Below are positions 1-8,591 of a stretch of 64,000 nucleotides of DNA, piece after piece. Within the stretch, counting starts at the first letter, position 1; each line of letters opens with the position of its first letter. The position numbers and the translations under genes are program-made. The DNA is from Patescibacteria group bacterium (lineage in GTDB: Bacteria > Patescibacteriota > Microgenomatia > JAMCZE01), in NCBI GenBank assembly GCA_023380635.1, contig JAMCRP010000002.1, positions 108,093 through 172,092 of the forward strand, read 5' to 3'. Under the pieces are notes generated by a model. That model worked only from the letters and a program-made list of their open reading frames with translations. It was not told where the DNA came from and did not search any database.

Positions 1-365
1 CGGTGGTCAAACACTTGAAACTTTGCTGTGGGAATCCCCGCATCCCGCAGTAATCTCTTTTGCACCTCTTTATCCATGCCCACGGCTGAGCCCAAAACGC
101 CGGCGCCTACAAAAGGGATATTTAGTATTTTTAATAATCCTTGCATAGTTCCATCTTCGCCGTTTGTTCCGTGCAGAACAGGAAAAACCACATCGAATTT
201 CTTCAGTTGTTCGAAATTAAACTTTCCGTTTTTGGGGATAAGCAGGGGAGTAATGGCATATTTTTTCCGGTCCAGAGCGGCCAAGACATTTTTTGCCGAC
301 TGCGATGAGACTTCGTGTTCTGCCGACCGCCCGCCGAAAAGAATGGCAACTTTAAGCTTGCGCAT
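1..365 (-). CDS. ddl: D-alanine--D-alanine ligase (N-terminal part; runs off window start)
   Basis: Manual translation from ATG at 365: MRKLKVAILFGGRSAEHEVSSQSA...FPVLHGTNGEDGTMQG...SAVGMDK, classic Ddl motifs; overlaps murF stop. Confidence 0.93.
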   Translation of the reverse strand, partial: MRKLKVAILFGGRSAEHEVSSQSAKNVLAALDRKKYAITPLLIPKNGKFNFEQLKKFDVVFPVLHGTNGEDGTMQGLLKILNIPFVGAGVLGSAVGMDKEVQKRLLRDAGIPTAKFQVFDH

Positions 366-1482
366 AAACAGCTCTTTGTTTGTTCCAAAACTTTCCCCGG
401 CGGCAGAGTTTGGAAGAATCGGTCTTATTCGCAAGACACATTTCCACCGCGCCTTCTAAAAAGATGGTATTTTGCGAGCCCTTAAATAAGACGACATCTT
501 TCGGCTTAATAAACTCCTGTAAAAATTTTCCGGCTTGAGAAAAATTATCGAATTGGTACGGCGTTTTGGCATACTGTTTCCATAAGGGGCCGACGGTAAC
601 AATAACATTGGCACATTCTCTGGCCGTGCGAAAGACCTCTTTGTGAGATTTTTCCGCTAAACTGCCGAGCTCGCGCATATCTCCCAGAACGGCAATCTTG
701 CGGCCTTTGCAACCTGCAAGCCTTTTTAAGGCGTTTGTCGTGGGAACAGGAGAAGAATTGTAGCTGGAATCAATTATTGTACTGTCATTTATTCCATCAA
801 ATAACTGCCACCGGCCCGGCGGTAGCTGGTAGCTGGTAGCTAGATATTGGAGACTGGTTTTTTTATTAACTCCAAATATTTCACCTACTGCCACAGCTGC
901 CGGAGTTGAGGTGCCGTCGTCTTTAAATTTCACCACTTTGGCTTTAGTAGGAATCTCAGGTAAATCGCTATTTACCACCGCCGTGCCGTCGGCCGGTAAA
1001 GAAGAGATTAGTTTACTTTTCTCTTTAAAAATATTTTCCACTGATCCCATTTGTTGAGTGTGAACGGGGAGAGCGTTGAGGAAGACTCCGATTTTTGGTT
1101 TTACAATTGTTAACAAGTACTCCATATTTTTTGGAGCCTTGAGATCGTCAATACCCATCTCACACACCAAAATTTGAAATTTGAAATTTGAAATTTGAAA
1201 TGTATGAATCGGAGCCATAACTAGGACTCTGAGCCAGTCGAGAGGGGAGTAATCAGTCATTTTCAGGCCGAGGATAGCCAGGGGGATACCTGACTCTGAA
1301 TTTGTAGTTCCTGTAGTCTTAACCTTGTATTTTTCTTTTAAAACGGCCTCGATGGCGGCGACCGCCGAACTTTTTCCGGCGCTGCCCGTTACTCCGATAA
1401 TCACCGGCTTGATTTGGGAAAGTTTAAGCTTGGCAAAAAATTTGAGGTATTCGAGGATGAAGCGAGATAAAATCCTTTTCAT
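352..1482 (-). CDS. murF: UDP-N-acetylmuramoyl-tripeptide--D-Ala-D-Ala ligase
   Basis: GVTGSAGKSS P-loop, EMG, IDSSYNSSP, LGDMRELG, LFKGSQ motifs; directly upstream of ddl. Confidence 0.9.
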   Translation of the reverse strand: MKRILSRFILEYLKFFAKLKLSQIKPVIIGVTGSAGKSSAVAAIEAVLKEKYKVKTTGTTNSESGIPLAILGLKMTDYSPLDWLRVLVMAPIHTFQISNFKFQILVCEMGIDDLKAPKNMEYLLTIVKPKIGVFLNALPVHTQQMGSVENIFKEKSKLISSLPADGTAVVNSDLPEIPTKAKVVKFKDDGTSTPAAVAVGEIFGVNKKTSLQYLATSYQLPPGRWQLFDGINDSTIIDSSYNSSPVPTTNALKRLAGCKGRKIAVLGDMRELGSLAEKSHKEVFRTARECANVIVTVGPLWKQYAKTPYQFDNFSQAGKFLQEFIKPKDVVLFKGSQNTIFLEGAVEMCLANKTDSSKLCRRGKFWNKQRAVYAQA

Positions 1483-1527
1483 CAACTACTATCCTACTAA
1501 CTCGCTAACTTACTAACAAGCTAATAG

Positions 1528-1701
1528 TTACTTCAGCTTTTCTCTTTCTTTGTGTTCCGTGTGTTTTTTGCACTTGCGGCAATACTTTTTGAGCACGAGT
1601 TTATCCTTGTTCTCCAATTTATTCTTGGAGGTCAGATAGTTCAAGGTACCGCAAACGGCACACACAAGACCCAATTTAACAGTTGCTTCTGCTTTTGCCA
1701 T
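1528..1701 (-). CDS. rpmG: 50S ribosomal protein L33 (Zn-ribbon type)
   Basis: CAVC..NYLTSKNK..LKKYCRKCKKHTEHKE. Confidence 0.95.
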   Translation of the reverse strand: MAKAEATVKLGLVCAVCGTLNYLTSKNKLENKDKLVLKKYCRKCKKHTEHKEREKLK

Positions 1702-1738
1702 GAGGGGATTGTACCAAATAAACGCTTCAGCCCGCAAG

Positions 1739-1785
1739 AGCCACCCAAAAGCCCCACGGTGACCGCAGGGCTTAGGTTGGGCCCT
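1739..1785 (-). terminator. Long GC-rich hairpin in the 3' UTR of the 1793-2020 ORF
   Basis: Minus strand GGGCC..AAGCCC-TGCGG-TCA-CCGTG-GGGCTT..GGCTC; G-U pairs favour the minus strand. Confidence 0.5.
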
Positions 1786-1792
1786 TTCCCTT

Positions 1793-2020
1793 TTAAAGAG
1801 ACTCGGCCTGGTATCGGCTAAGAATGTGATAGCAAGGCTGAGTGTCTTTTAATCCTTGAAATTTTGCAACCTCAAGAATTGACACCCTCACGCCGTTGCC
1901 TTGGTCTATGCCCGAGACCATTTCAACAATTTCATCGCCGGCAGCGACCTCTGCGCAAGCTGCTCGTGTAATTCGAGAGCATTTAACTCCATTTTTTTTG
2001 CACCCTTCGCAATTTGCCAT
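1793..2020 (-). CDS. Small Cys-rich hypothetical protein (75 aa)
   Basis: MANCEGCKKNGVKC...; strong SD AGGAGGTGA just upstream of ATG at 2020. Confidence 0.75.
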   Translation of the reverse strand: MANCEGCKKNGVKCSRITRAACAEVAAGDEIVEMVSGIDQGNGVRVSILEVAKFQGLKDTQPCYHILSRYQAESL

Positions 2021-2094
2021 ATTTTCACCTCCTAACTTAAAAACAATTTTCTCCTGAATAGATAAAGTTTGTCTTTTAGCTTCTGTGACCGTAA

Positions 2095-2225
2095 AACAAA
2101 AAAGCACGCCTAACTTAAGCGTGCGATTTTCGAATAGAGTCGTTAACGGCTCTGCGCACCGAGCATCTTCATGTTCGGGGCTAAGAGTCGTGGGGCGGGA
2201 ATTGGAGCCTGCCCTTGCCCTTTTC
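2095..2225. ncRNA. Four-hairpin structured intergenic element (cis-regulatory leader or sRNA candidate)
   Basis: GCACGC/GCGTGC, AGAGTCG/CGGCTCT, CCGAGCAT/ATGTTCGG and GGGGCGGG/CCTGCCCT stems in tandem. Confidence 0.45.
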
Positions 2226-2324
2226 TATCGATCGTTTTCGGACTTACAATAATCTTATCTGTTTCTTACAATTAATGTCAAGAGAGGATTTGCCTTTAAT
2301 TACCCTATAGTATATAATAATGCT

Positions 2325-2756
2325 ATGGTGTTAGCTTTTAACGAAAAGTTAAAAGGCAATTGGTATGTCGAGAAAAGAGTCAAGGAAGCACTGAGGCGAC
2401 ACGAGAGTGATGGCCAGTATCAGACTGCTGACTTAACCTACCTTGGAGTGACCGAGAGCCCGGATGAAATTGCGGCTATATTTTCTTGTCTGGCCCAGAA
2501 TTCATCAGGAGAAAAAAGAATTTACGCTCGGCCGAGTTGCACCAGTGATGAATTAAGAAAATATCGGGTGACTGAAGTTTATCTTACAGCCCGTGAGGCT
2601 GACAAAGTTAAAGCCTTTCAGGCCACATTAATTGATGAAATACGCCGACGCCGTGCGGAAATTTTAAATGAACTGGGATTATCCATGCTGAGTCTTCTTT
2701 TCCGGCCTGATTTTCCAATCAAGAAAATCATTCCTAGGGACGGAATGGACAGGTAG
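2325..2756 (+). CDS. Hypothetical protein
   Basis: 143-aa ORF with TATAAT 6 nt upstream of ATG. Confidence 0.7.
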   Translation: MVLAFNEKLKGNWYVEKRVKEALRRHESDGQYQTADLTYLGVTESPDEIAAIFSCLAQNSSGEKRIYARPSCTSDELRKYRVTEVYLTAREADKVKAFQATLIDEIRRRRAEILNELGLSMLSLLFRPDFPIKKIIPRDGMDR

Positions 2757-2794
2757 AAACAAGTTAGAATCCGTGATCGTGGGAGTTTAAGAAA

Positions 2795-2853
2795 TGGAGC
2801 CGAAGCCGGGAAGAACCGGTTCGCCAATTGGCGAACTCCGAACCCGGGACCTC
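2795..2853 (-). pseudogene. tRNA 3'-half remnant with a palindromic insertion in its T-loop
   Basis: Minus strand GAGGTC-CCGGG-TTCG[GA GTTCGCCAATTGGCGAAC CGGTTCT]T-CCCGG-CTTCGGC-T-CCA. Confidence 0.6.
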
Positions 2854-2856
2854 GAG

Positions 2857-2928
2857 AGCCTGAGATGGGAATCGGACCCATTACTTCTTCCTTACCAAGG
2901 AAGCGTTCTACCGGTGAACTACCCAGGC
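2857..2928 (-). tRNA. tRNA-Thr(GGT)
   Basis: Cloverleaf GCCTGGG/CTCAGGC; anticodon arm CTTCC-TTGGTAA-GGAAG; T-loop TCCGATT; CCA not encoded. Confidence 0.9.
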
Positions 2929-2952
2929 AAATTTGCTATGATTTTAGCATAT

Positions 2953-3906
2953 ATGCTTAGGACTTGGCTGGCAGGAGTGCTTTTGGCAGTAGTTTCTTTT
3001 CTGTCTCCGGCGGTTCCTCAGATTAAACAAATCGCCCCATTGCCGCTCAAACAATATACTTTTGCCAATTTACACCAGCGGGAATTCAAACCATCGAGTA
3101 TAAATATTACTCAAAAAATTAAAGATGGTCAGAAATATTCTGTCTGGGAGTTCTGGTTTAATTCCGACGGCAAAAAAGCGAGCGGAACCATTAATCTCCC
3201 GGCGGGCGTGGCCACTACCAGCGCTTTCACCAAACCGGCCATTGTTATGCTTCACGGCTTTGTTGATGGTGACTATTACCCCGGCTACGGCACGGAGCAT
3301 CTGGCGGCAGTTCTGGCCCAAAACGGCTTTGTCACTTTCGCCCCGGACTATCTGGGCTATGGCAGTTCGGACAAACCCAGTGCCGATGTCTTTGAAGAAA
3401 GATTTCAAACCTATACGGTCACGCTGAATTTAATAGCATCTGTCCGGCAGTATCAGAAGAATTTAGGCCTGTGGGGTCATTCTAACGGCGGGCAGATTGC
3501 CCTGTCGGTTCTGGAAATAAGCGGCCAAAATATCCCGACGGTTTTGTGGGCTCCGGTTTCTAAACCTTTCCCGTACAACATCTTGTTTTACACCGATACT
3601 TTCGACGACCAGGGAAAAACTCTCCGCCGTGAGCTGGCGCAATTTGAACAAAATTATGATGTGGAAGATTATTCCACCCCCAACTTTTTTGACTGGTTAA
3701 ACGCGCCGATAATGCTTCAACAAGGCTCCGCAGATACGCTGGTGCCCCAAGGCTGGTCGGACCAGTTAAGCCAAACACTTAAAGGCAAGAAAAAAGATGT
3801 TACCTATAAAGTTTATTCGGGCAATGATCACAACATGCTGCCGGGGTGGGATAAAGCCGCGCAAGACGCGGTGAATTTCTTTAAAAAGACCTTGTCTAGT
3901 TCGTGA
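2953..3906 (+). CDS. Secreted alpha/beta-hydrolase (S9 peptidase/esterase-like)
   Basis: Signal-like N-terminus, HG oxyanion motif, GHSNGG nucleophile elbow, QQGSADTLVP, DHNM; the longer ORF start overlaps the tRNA and is rejected. Confidence 0.85.
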   Translation: MLRTWLAGVLLAVVSFLSPAVPQIKQIAPLPLKQYTFANLHQREFKPSSINITQKIKDGQKYSVWEFWFNSDGKKASGTINLPAGVATTSAFTKPAIVMLHGFVDGDYYPGYGTEHLAAVLAQNGFVTFAPDYLGYGSSDKPSADVFEERFQTYTVTLNLIASVRQYQKNLGLWGHSNGGQIALSVLEISGQNIPTVLWAPVSKPFPYNILFYTDTFDDQGKTLRRELAQFEQNYDVEDYSTPNFFDWLNAPIMLQQGSADTLVPQGWSDQLSQTLKGKKKDVTYKVYSGNDHNMLPGWDKAAQDAVNFFKKTLSSS

Positions 3907-4879
3907 AGTCCTGCGTAAACATCTTTCCATACACCCCCGCGTCGATAACGCCGACTCCAATTTTATGAAAGTCCGGTGACAAAATATTGGCCCGATGCTC
4001 GGGAGAGTTAATCAAGCCGATATCCGCTAAATTAGTTGTCGGGGCATAGGCAATATTTTCCCCGGCGGCCAAAAAGAAAATCCCGGCGGCATGCATTCGG
4101 TCAAAAGGGCTAGCTCCGTCGGGGCTGATGTGGGAAAAGTAGCCGCGGGCAAACATATCTTTCGAATGATTGCGGGCGATTTCAGTAAGTTTGCTGTCCA
4201 GAGTCAGCGGCGCCAGGTGGGCCGATTGGCGCTGACTATTAACAAAATTAAGCATTTCCAGTTCTCCGGCAGTGTCGATACTCGTATTGGTCGTCGAAAA
4301 ATGCAGGTCGACTGTGTCGCTGCCGGTCGGCCGGACGGTTAAAAAGTTGAGGGTTTCCTCAACAGCGCCGCCAAAAATCCGTCCCATGGTTTGCTCCAAA
4401 GCGACCGTTTCTTCATACACTTTTCCGCCAATCCGGGAGTCAATAATATTCCTCTTTAGTCCCGGCGAGACGGGCAGGGAAATTAAAACAGCAATAATAA
4501 AAGCCAGGATAATCAGCCCGTCAATAATGGCCGGAATAATGCCTGACATATGGTTCTCGAAGGATTCCAGGATTTTCGGCGGCACGCGGAGGTAGAGCTT
4601 CAAAAGCAAGTGGGCGAGAATCAGTTCACTGATAATAGCTGTAATTAAAAACCCGGTGGCGTTGGCCAGACTTAGGGAAAAAGAAAAGTTGGCGATAAAA
4701 AGCTGGGCGGCAAACGGGTAGAATTTCAGGGCTAGCAAAAAGGCGCCGATAAAACTGCCCATGTCGATTAGGAGGGCAAAGAAACCGCGCCGGAAACCGT
4801 TGACAGCATATAAGGCTAAAAATATCAGGATGACTAAATCCACCCAGTTGCCATGCAGGGCCGGGAAGTCGGAAGACAT
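3896..4879 (-). CDS. CvpA (colicin V production) membrane domain fused to a CAP/SCP domain
   Basis: NWVDLVIL..GFRRGF membrane N-terminus; C-terminal ARNHSKDM..YFSH..GENIA..SPEHRANIL..IGVG. Confidence 0.88.
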   Translation of the reverse strand: MSSDFPALHGNWVDLVILIFLALYAVNGFRRGFFALLIDMGSFIGAFLLALKFYPFAAQLFIANFSFSLSLANATGFLITAIISELILAHLLLKLYLRVPPKILESFENHMSGIIPAIIDGLIILAFIIAVLISLPVSPGLKRNIIDSRIGGKVYEETVALEQTMGRIFGGAVEETLNFLTVRPTGSDTVDLHFSTTNTSIDTAGELEMLNFVNSQRQSAHLAPLTLDSKLTEIARNHSKDMFARGYFSHISPDGASPFDRMHAAGIFFLAAGENIAYAPTTNLADIGLINSPEHRANILSPDFHKIGVGVIDAGVYGKMFTQDFTN

Positions 4880-4972
4880 AAAGTAAATATCTCTTCGCCA
4901 TGAAAGAAGCGGAAAAAAAGGAAGTAAGAGAAAAAAAAGAGCGGGTGCGCCATGCATAGCTTAAGCAAAGTG

Positions 4973-5060
4973 TGGTGCTGAGGCCAGGATTCGAACCTGG
5001 GTAGCCCTTTCGAGCGCCAGATTTACAGTCTGGTGCGTTTGACCGCTCCGCCACCTCAGC
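4973..5060 (-). tRNA. tRNA-Tyr(GTA)
   Basis: GCTGAGG/CCTCAGC acceptor, CCAGA-CTGTAAA-TCTGG anticodon arm, long variable arm, GGTTCGAATCC, encoded CCA. Confidence 0.96.
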
Positions 5061-5088
5061 AAGGGTATAATGATATTATACCGTAATT

Positions 5089-5577
5089 ATGCTGATTTTC
5101 CTCTATGGCCTCGAAATTTTAGTAGTCCTTGGCGTCTTTATTTTTGTTGTCATTAACGGCTATTCGATTATCTGGGGCGCGCCCTATGTTTCGAGCACCG
5201 ATAACCGGGTCAGAAAAATGGTGGCCATGCTGGGACTCAAGAAGGGGGCGCGGGTCGCGGATCTGGGCGCCGGCAATGGGATAATTGTCAGAGAATTGTT
5301 GGCGAAGGGTTACGACGCTTACGGCTACGAAATTAGTCCCTGGCTGGTTTGGCGCTCGGGACTACGAAACCGGATATTTTTGCAAGACTACTGGCGGGCC
5401 GATCTTTCCGGTTATCAGGCCATAACTGTCTATGGCATTCCCTATATCATGAAGCGGCTGGAGAAAAAGCTCTGGAAGGAACTGCCTAAAGGAACCAAAA
5501 TTGTCAGTTCGTCGTTTAAGTTTCCCGGCAAGAAGCCGATTAAAGAGAACGGCTTTGTGTATTTGTATAAAATTTGA
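5089..5577 (+). CDS. Membrane-anchored class I SAM-dependent methyltransferase
   Basis: N-terminal TM, GAPYV, DLGAGNG motif I, GYEISP. Confidence 0.85.
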   Translation: MLIFLYGLEILVVLGVFIFVVINGYSIIWGAPYVSSTDNRVRKMVAMLGLKKGARVADLGAGNGIIVRELLAKGYDAYGYEISPWLVWRSGLRNRIFLQDYWRADLSGYQAITVYGIPYIMKRLEKKLWKELPKGTKIVSSSFKFPGKKPIKENGFVYLYKI

Positions 5578-5648
5578 GCCGCCTCTCAGGATTGGACTGA
5601 GGACCTACTGTTTACAAAACAGTCGCTCTACCACTGAGCTAAGGCGGC
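5577..5648 (-). tRNA. tRNA-Thr(TGT)
   Basis: GCCGCCT/AGGCGGC acceptor, TAGCTCAGTGGTAGAGC D-arm, ACTGT-TTTGTAA-ACAGT; T-loop TCCAATC; CCA not encoded. Confidence 0.9.
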
Positions 5649-5680
5649 AATAGGGAAATTATATCAAAGGAGACAGAAGA

Positions 5681-5840
5681 AAAGGTTCCCCAAGGGGGTT
5701 TGGCAGAAAGTGGTTCCCCGGAAAAATATTTTGTGAGACCTACCCTAAACCGTTATGATCTAAGGCTCCGGGCTCAATTTCCGTTCGAACGCTGTCGAGG
5801 AAAATACCTTTCCGCCTTGGCGCCTCTAAGAGAACCTCTG
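5681..5840 (-). ncRNA. Probable 6S RNA (rod with central bubble)
   Basis: AGGTTCTC/GGGGAACCT and GGCGGAAAG/CTTTCTGCC closing stems, central unpaired region, terminal CCTTAGATC/GGTTTAGGG hairpin; TATAAT just upstream. Confidence 0.55.
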
Positions 5841-5893
5841 AATATTATTATACTCTAAACCGTCAAGCAAAGTACCCCGATTTAGCTTCAAAT

Positions 5894-6517
5894 TTACGGT
5901 AACAGCAAACGAAGAAGGGTTTGAGTAATGGGAAGAACTATATCGTTGATAATGCCGCTAAACAAGAAAAGAATGATAAAAATAAATAGCAGACCGAAAC
6001 GCTCTAAACTTAAGAAAGCTGCAGCCAGATCATCCGGAAGTAACCCCGCCAAAACCTTTGAGCCGTCCAACGGCGGAACGGGGAGCAAGTTGAAAACAGC
6101 CAAGACCACATTAATTTCCACTCCGTAAAAACAAAGACTTTGAATAAAAGATAATAGGGCGGGGTCGATGATGAAGATATCGCTTATCCGTAAGACAATA
6201 CTAAATAAAAGAGCAATTATGATGTTTGTTACTGGCCCGGCAGCTGCTGTCAAAGCTGTATCCTTTTTGGGATCACGAAAATTAAAGGGATCAATGGGCA
6301 CGGGTTTGGCCGCGCCAAAAACTACCGGCGAGCCGGTCACAATTAGGATTAAAGGCAACGCAATAGTCATGACCGGGTCAATGTGAGGAAGAGGATTAAG
6401 TGTGAGCCGCCGAGACAATCTGGCTGTTGGATCACCCAGTCGGTCGGCAACCCAGCCGTGAGAAATCTCGTGAAGAATCACGGAGTAGATGAGGATTGCG
6501 AACTGAAGGATAAACAT
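5894..6517 (-). CDS. Site-2 protease family (M50) Zn metalloprotease
   Basis: HEISH, GDPTA, AGPVTN, FNLLPVPPLDG. Confidence 0.93.
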   Translation of the reverse strand: MFILQFAILIYSVILHEISHGWVADRLGDPTARLSRRLTLNPLPHIDPVMTIALPLILIVTGSPVVFGAAKPVPIDPFNFRDPKKDTALTAAAGPVTNIIIALLFSIVLRISDIFIIDPALLSFIQSLCFYGVEINVVLAVFNLLPVPPLDGSKVLAGLLPDDLAAAFLSLERFGLLFIFIILFLFSGIINDIVLPITQTLLRLLLP

Positions 6518-6534
6518 GATACAATTCTATCATA

Positions 6535-6756
6535 ATGTTAGTTTGTGAAATTTGCGGTAAAGGTGCGCAATACGGCCATAATATCCGCCACACTCATACC
6601 GGACAGTGGGAAAAACGGGCTTCCAAGACCCGGCGGATTTTCCTGCCTAATATTCAAAAAGGGAAGGTGTTTCTAAACGGTAAAATTCAAAATGTCCGGG
6701 CTTGCGCCTCGTGCCTGGCTAAGTACAAAGTAAAGTACGCTCCTGCCCATGCCTAA
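6535..6756 (+). CDS. rpmB: 50S ribosomal protein L28
   Basis: CEICGK..GHNI..TRRIFLPNIQ..CASCL. Confidence 0.92.
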   Translation: MLVCEICGKGAQYGHNIRHTHTGQWEKRASKTRRIFLPNIQKGKVFLNGKIQNVRACASCLAKYKVKYAPAHA

Positions 6757-6994
6757 AACCCGCGGTGAGGCCTGGATCGAGAATGCTCCAACCCGAGATT
6801 GCCAAAGACCCTGTCGTTTCTGGAAATTCTGTAACGGCTTGGCGTTGGCCGGACGCCACTGCACTAATAAAGAAACACAAAATGCAGCCCCCGATAAAAA
6901 AGGCGGTTGCGACTCTTTTAGACCCCAAGAAAGAGCGACACCACAGTCCAGGCGGCTCCAGACTTATAAAATGATCGGGGAAAGGCAGGATTGA
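6749..6994 (+). CDS. Small Cys-rich hypothetical protein
   Basis: ATG overlaps rpmB end; CQRPCRFWKFC..HC..GC pattern. Confidence 0.45.
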   Translation: MPKTRGEAWIENAPTRDCQRPCRFWKFCNGLALAGRHCTNKETQNAAPDKKGGCDSFRPQERATPQSRRLQTYKMIGERQD

Positions 6995-7788
6995 GCTTTC
7001 TGCGGTTTTTTACCTTCGTACTGAATTTCGTCAAGAACAAGTTTGTTGCCTTCTAAATGACATTGGAGAATCTTCATTCGCTTACCTTCCGGCGTTACTG
7101 TCCATAATCCCGGCCAAGGAGTTACTGCCCGGAATTGGTTATATGTCTGTAGACCATAGGCGGTAGACCGTAGCTGATCCCAGTCTACAAACCCATCCTG
7201 CTTGGTCAGCAGCTTGGTGTAAGTAGCCTTAGATTTGTCTTGGGGTAGGAGTTTTGTCTGTTTCATAGAGTTAATTATCGTCGGGAGCTCCTTGGCTACC
7301 TCTTCAAATAGGCGGGTGTAGAGTTTGCCGGCGGTATCATCCTTCAGGATCGGGTACTCTTTCTGCCAGAGAATCGGCCCGGTGTCCAAAGTTTTTTCCA
7401 GTTTAAAAATGGTTACCCAAGCGGTCTTATCGCCCCGAAGTAAAGTTGCCTGCACCGGTGAGGCGCCGCGGAATTCCGGCAGTTTACTAAAATGAATGTT
7501 AAAAGTGCCTAAGCGTGGGAGATTTAAGGCATTTTCCGGAATAATCTGGCCGAAGTCCGCCACTATTCCCAAATCAATGTCTTGAATGTCTTGAATGTCT
7601 TTGATGTCTGTTAATGTCTGAACGGAATACTGTTTAGCCCACAATCGGGTAGCAGACGGAGTCATGATTTGTTTCCGTCCCACCGGTTTGTCCGGCCGGG
7701 TAACAACCGCTACCAGATTAAAATTGGCTTTTAAAGTTTCCAGAACCGGTAAACAATAGGCTGAGGTGCCGAAAAAGATCACGCGCAT
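6964..7788 (-). CDS. fmt: Methionyl-tRNA formyltransferase
   Basis: FFGTS, VVTRPDKPVGR, NIHFSKLPEFRGASPVQ, LDTGPI, PWPG. Confidence 0.95.
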   Translation of the reverse strand: MRVIFFGTSAYCLPVLETLKANFNLVAVVTRPDKPVGRKQIMTPSATRLWAKQYSVQTLTDIKDIQDIQDIDLGIVADFGQIIPENALNLPRLGTFNIHFSKLPEFRGASPVQATLLRGDKTAWVTIFKLEKTLDTGPILWQKEYPILKDDTAGKLYTRLFEEVAKELPTIINSMKQTKLLPQDKSKATYTKLLTKQDGFVDWDQLRSTAYGLQTYNQFRAVTPWPGLWTVTPEGKRMKILQCHLEGNKLVLDEIQYEGKKPQKAQSCLSPIIL

Positions 7789-7826
7789 ATCTTGATTTTA
7801 CAATATTTGGGTCATATAATTTTTTT

Positions 7827-8030
7827 ATGCTAAACCCCCTCACGGAAGTCGAATTGTATCAACAAATGATGCTCTCGGCCTTAGAGCAGAAGGATAAAAT
7901 TGAGGCCGAGAAAACCGGTTCTGAATTAACGGGCGGGACCAATCCGGTTAAAATAGTGCCGGCAGAAAGGGTTTCCTTAGGAACGAGACTACGCATTTCC
8001 CTCAGAGAGCTTTTTAACGGTTGGGATTAG
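7827..8030 (+). CDS. Small hypothetical protein inserted between fmt and def
   Basis: 67-aa ORF with TATAAT-N6-ATG, fills the gap. Confidence 0.6.
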   Translation: MLNPLTEVELYQQMMLSALEQKDKIEAEKTGSELTGGTNPVKIVPAERVSLGTRLRISLRELFNGWD

Positions 8031-8572
8031 AGTTCCACTTCTTCCCATTCCTCTTTGCCTTTTTTGTCTTTGCCGTTAGTTTTGTACAGCCTGCCATTTT
8101 GTTCCAAGATTCGCTCGACAAAGATTTTGCCGTTGAGATGGTCCATTTCGTGCTGGATGACCGTCGCAGGAAAGCCGCTGAATTTTTCATTTTTCATTTC
8201 GAATTTTTCATTTTGGTATTTGACCACGAGCCACTGATAACGCTTAACAACGCCGTAGTATTTCGGCACCGAGAGACAGCCTTCCAGCGGGGCCTTCTTG
8301 TCTTCCGGCTGGAACTGTTCGCTATGGTCGACAATTTCCGGATTAATAAAAGTGTAGACGGGCGAACTTTTTTTGGTGTCAAACCTAGCCAAAAATAACC
8401 GGTAGGGCAGCCCGACCTGGTTTGCCGCCAGCCCGACTCCTTCCGGATCTTTCTGGGAGACCAAAACATGCTTCATTTCTTCGATAATTTTTGCCAGTCC
8501 CGCCATGGCCGGATTCACAGGCTTGGTAGCCTGGCGCAAAATTTCATTTGGAGCCATCACAATAGAATACAT
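8027..8572 (-). CDS. def: Peptide deformylase
   Basis: GVGLAANQVG, EGCLS, QHEMDHLNG. Confidence 0.96.
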   Translation of the reverse strand: MYSIVMAPNEILRQATKPVNPAMAGLAKIIEEMKHVLVSQKDPEGVGLAANQVGLPYRLFLARFDTKKSSPVYTFINPEIVDHSEQFQPEDKKAPLEGCLSVPKYYGVVKRYQWLVVKYQNEKFEMKNEKFSGFPATVIQHEMDHLNGKIFVERILEQNGRLYKTNGKDKKGKEEWEEVEL

Positions 8573-8591
8573 GGGGCAATTATACAATTTT

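Noticed and set aside
28-459. 143-aa plus-strand ORF
   Set aside because: Antisense shadow of ddl and murF.
2794-2952. N-terminal extension of the alpha/beta-hydrolase ORF
   Set aside because: It is the antisense reading of tRNA-Thr and the tRNA remnant; the signal-like peptide starts near 2953.
4899-4958. 19-aa ORF MKEAEKKEVREKKERVRHA
   Set aside because: Too short, purine-rich spacer with no convincing initiation signal.
4626-5054. 142-aa minus-strand ORF beginning MAERSNAPDCKS
   Set aside because: Translation of tRNA-Tyr running into an alternative frame of the CvpA-CAP gene.
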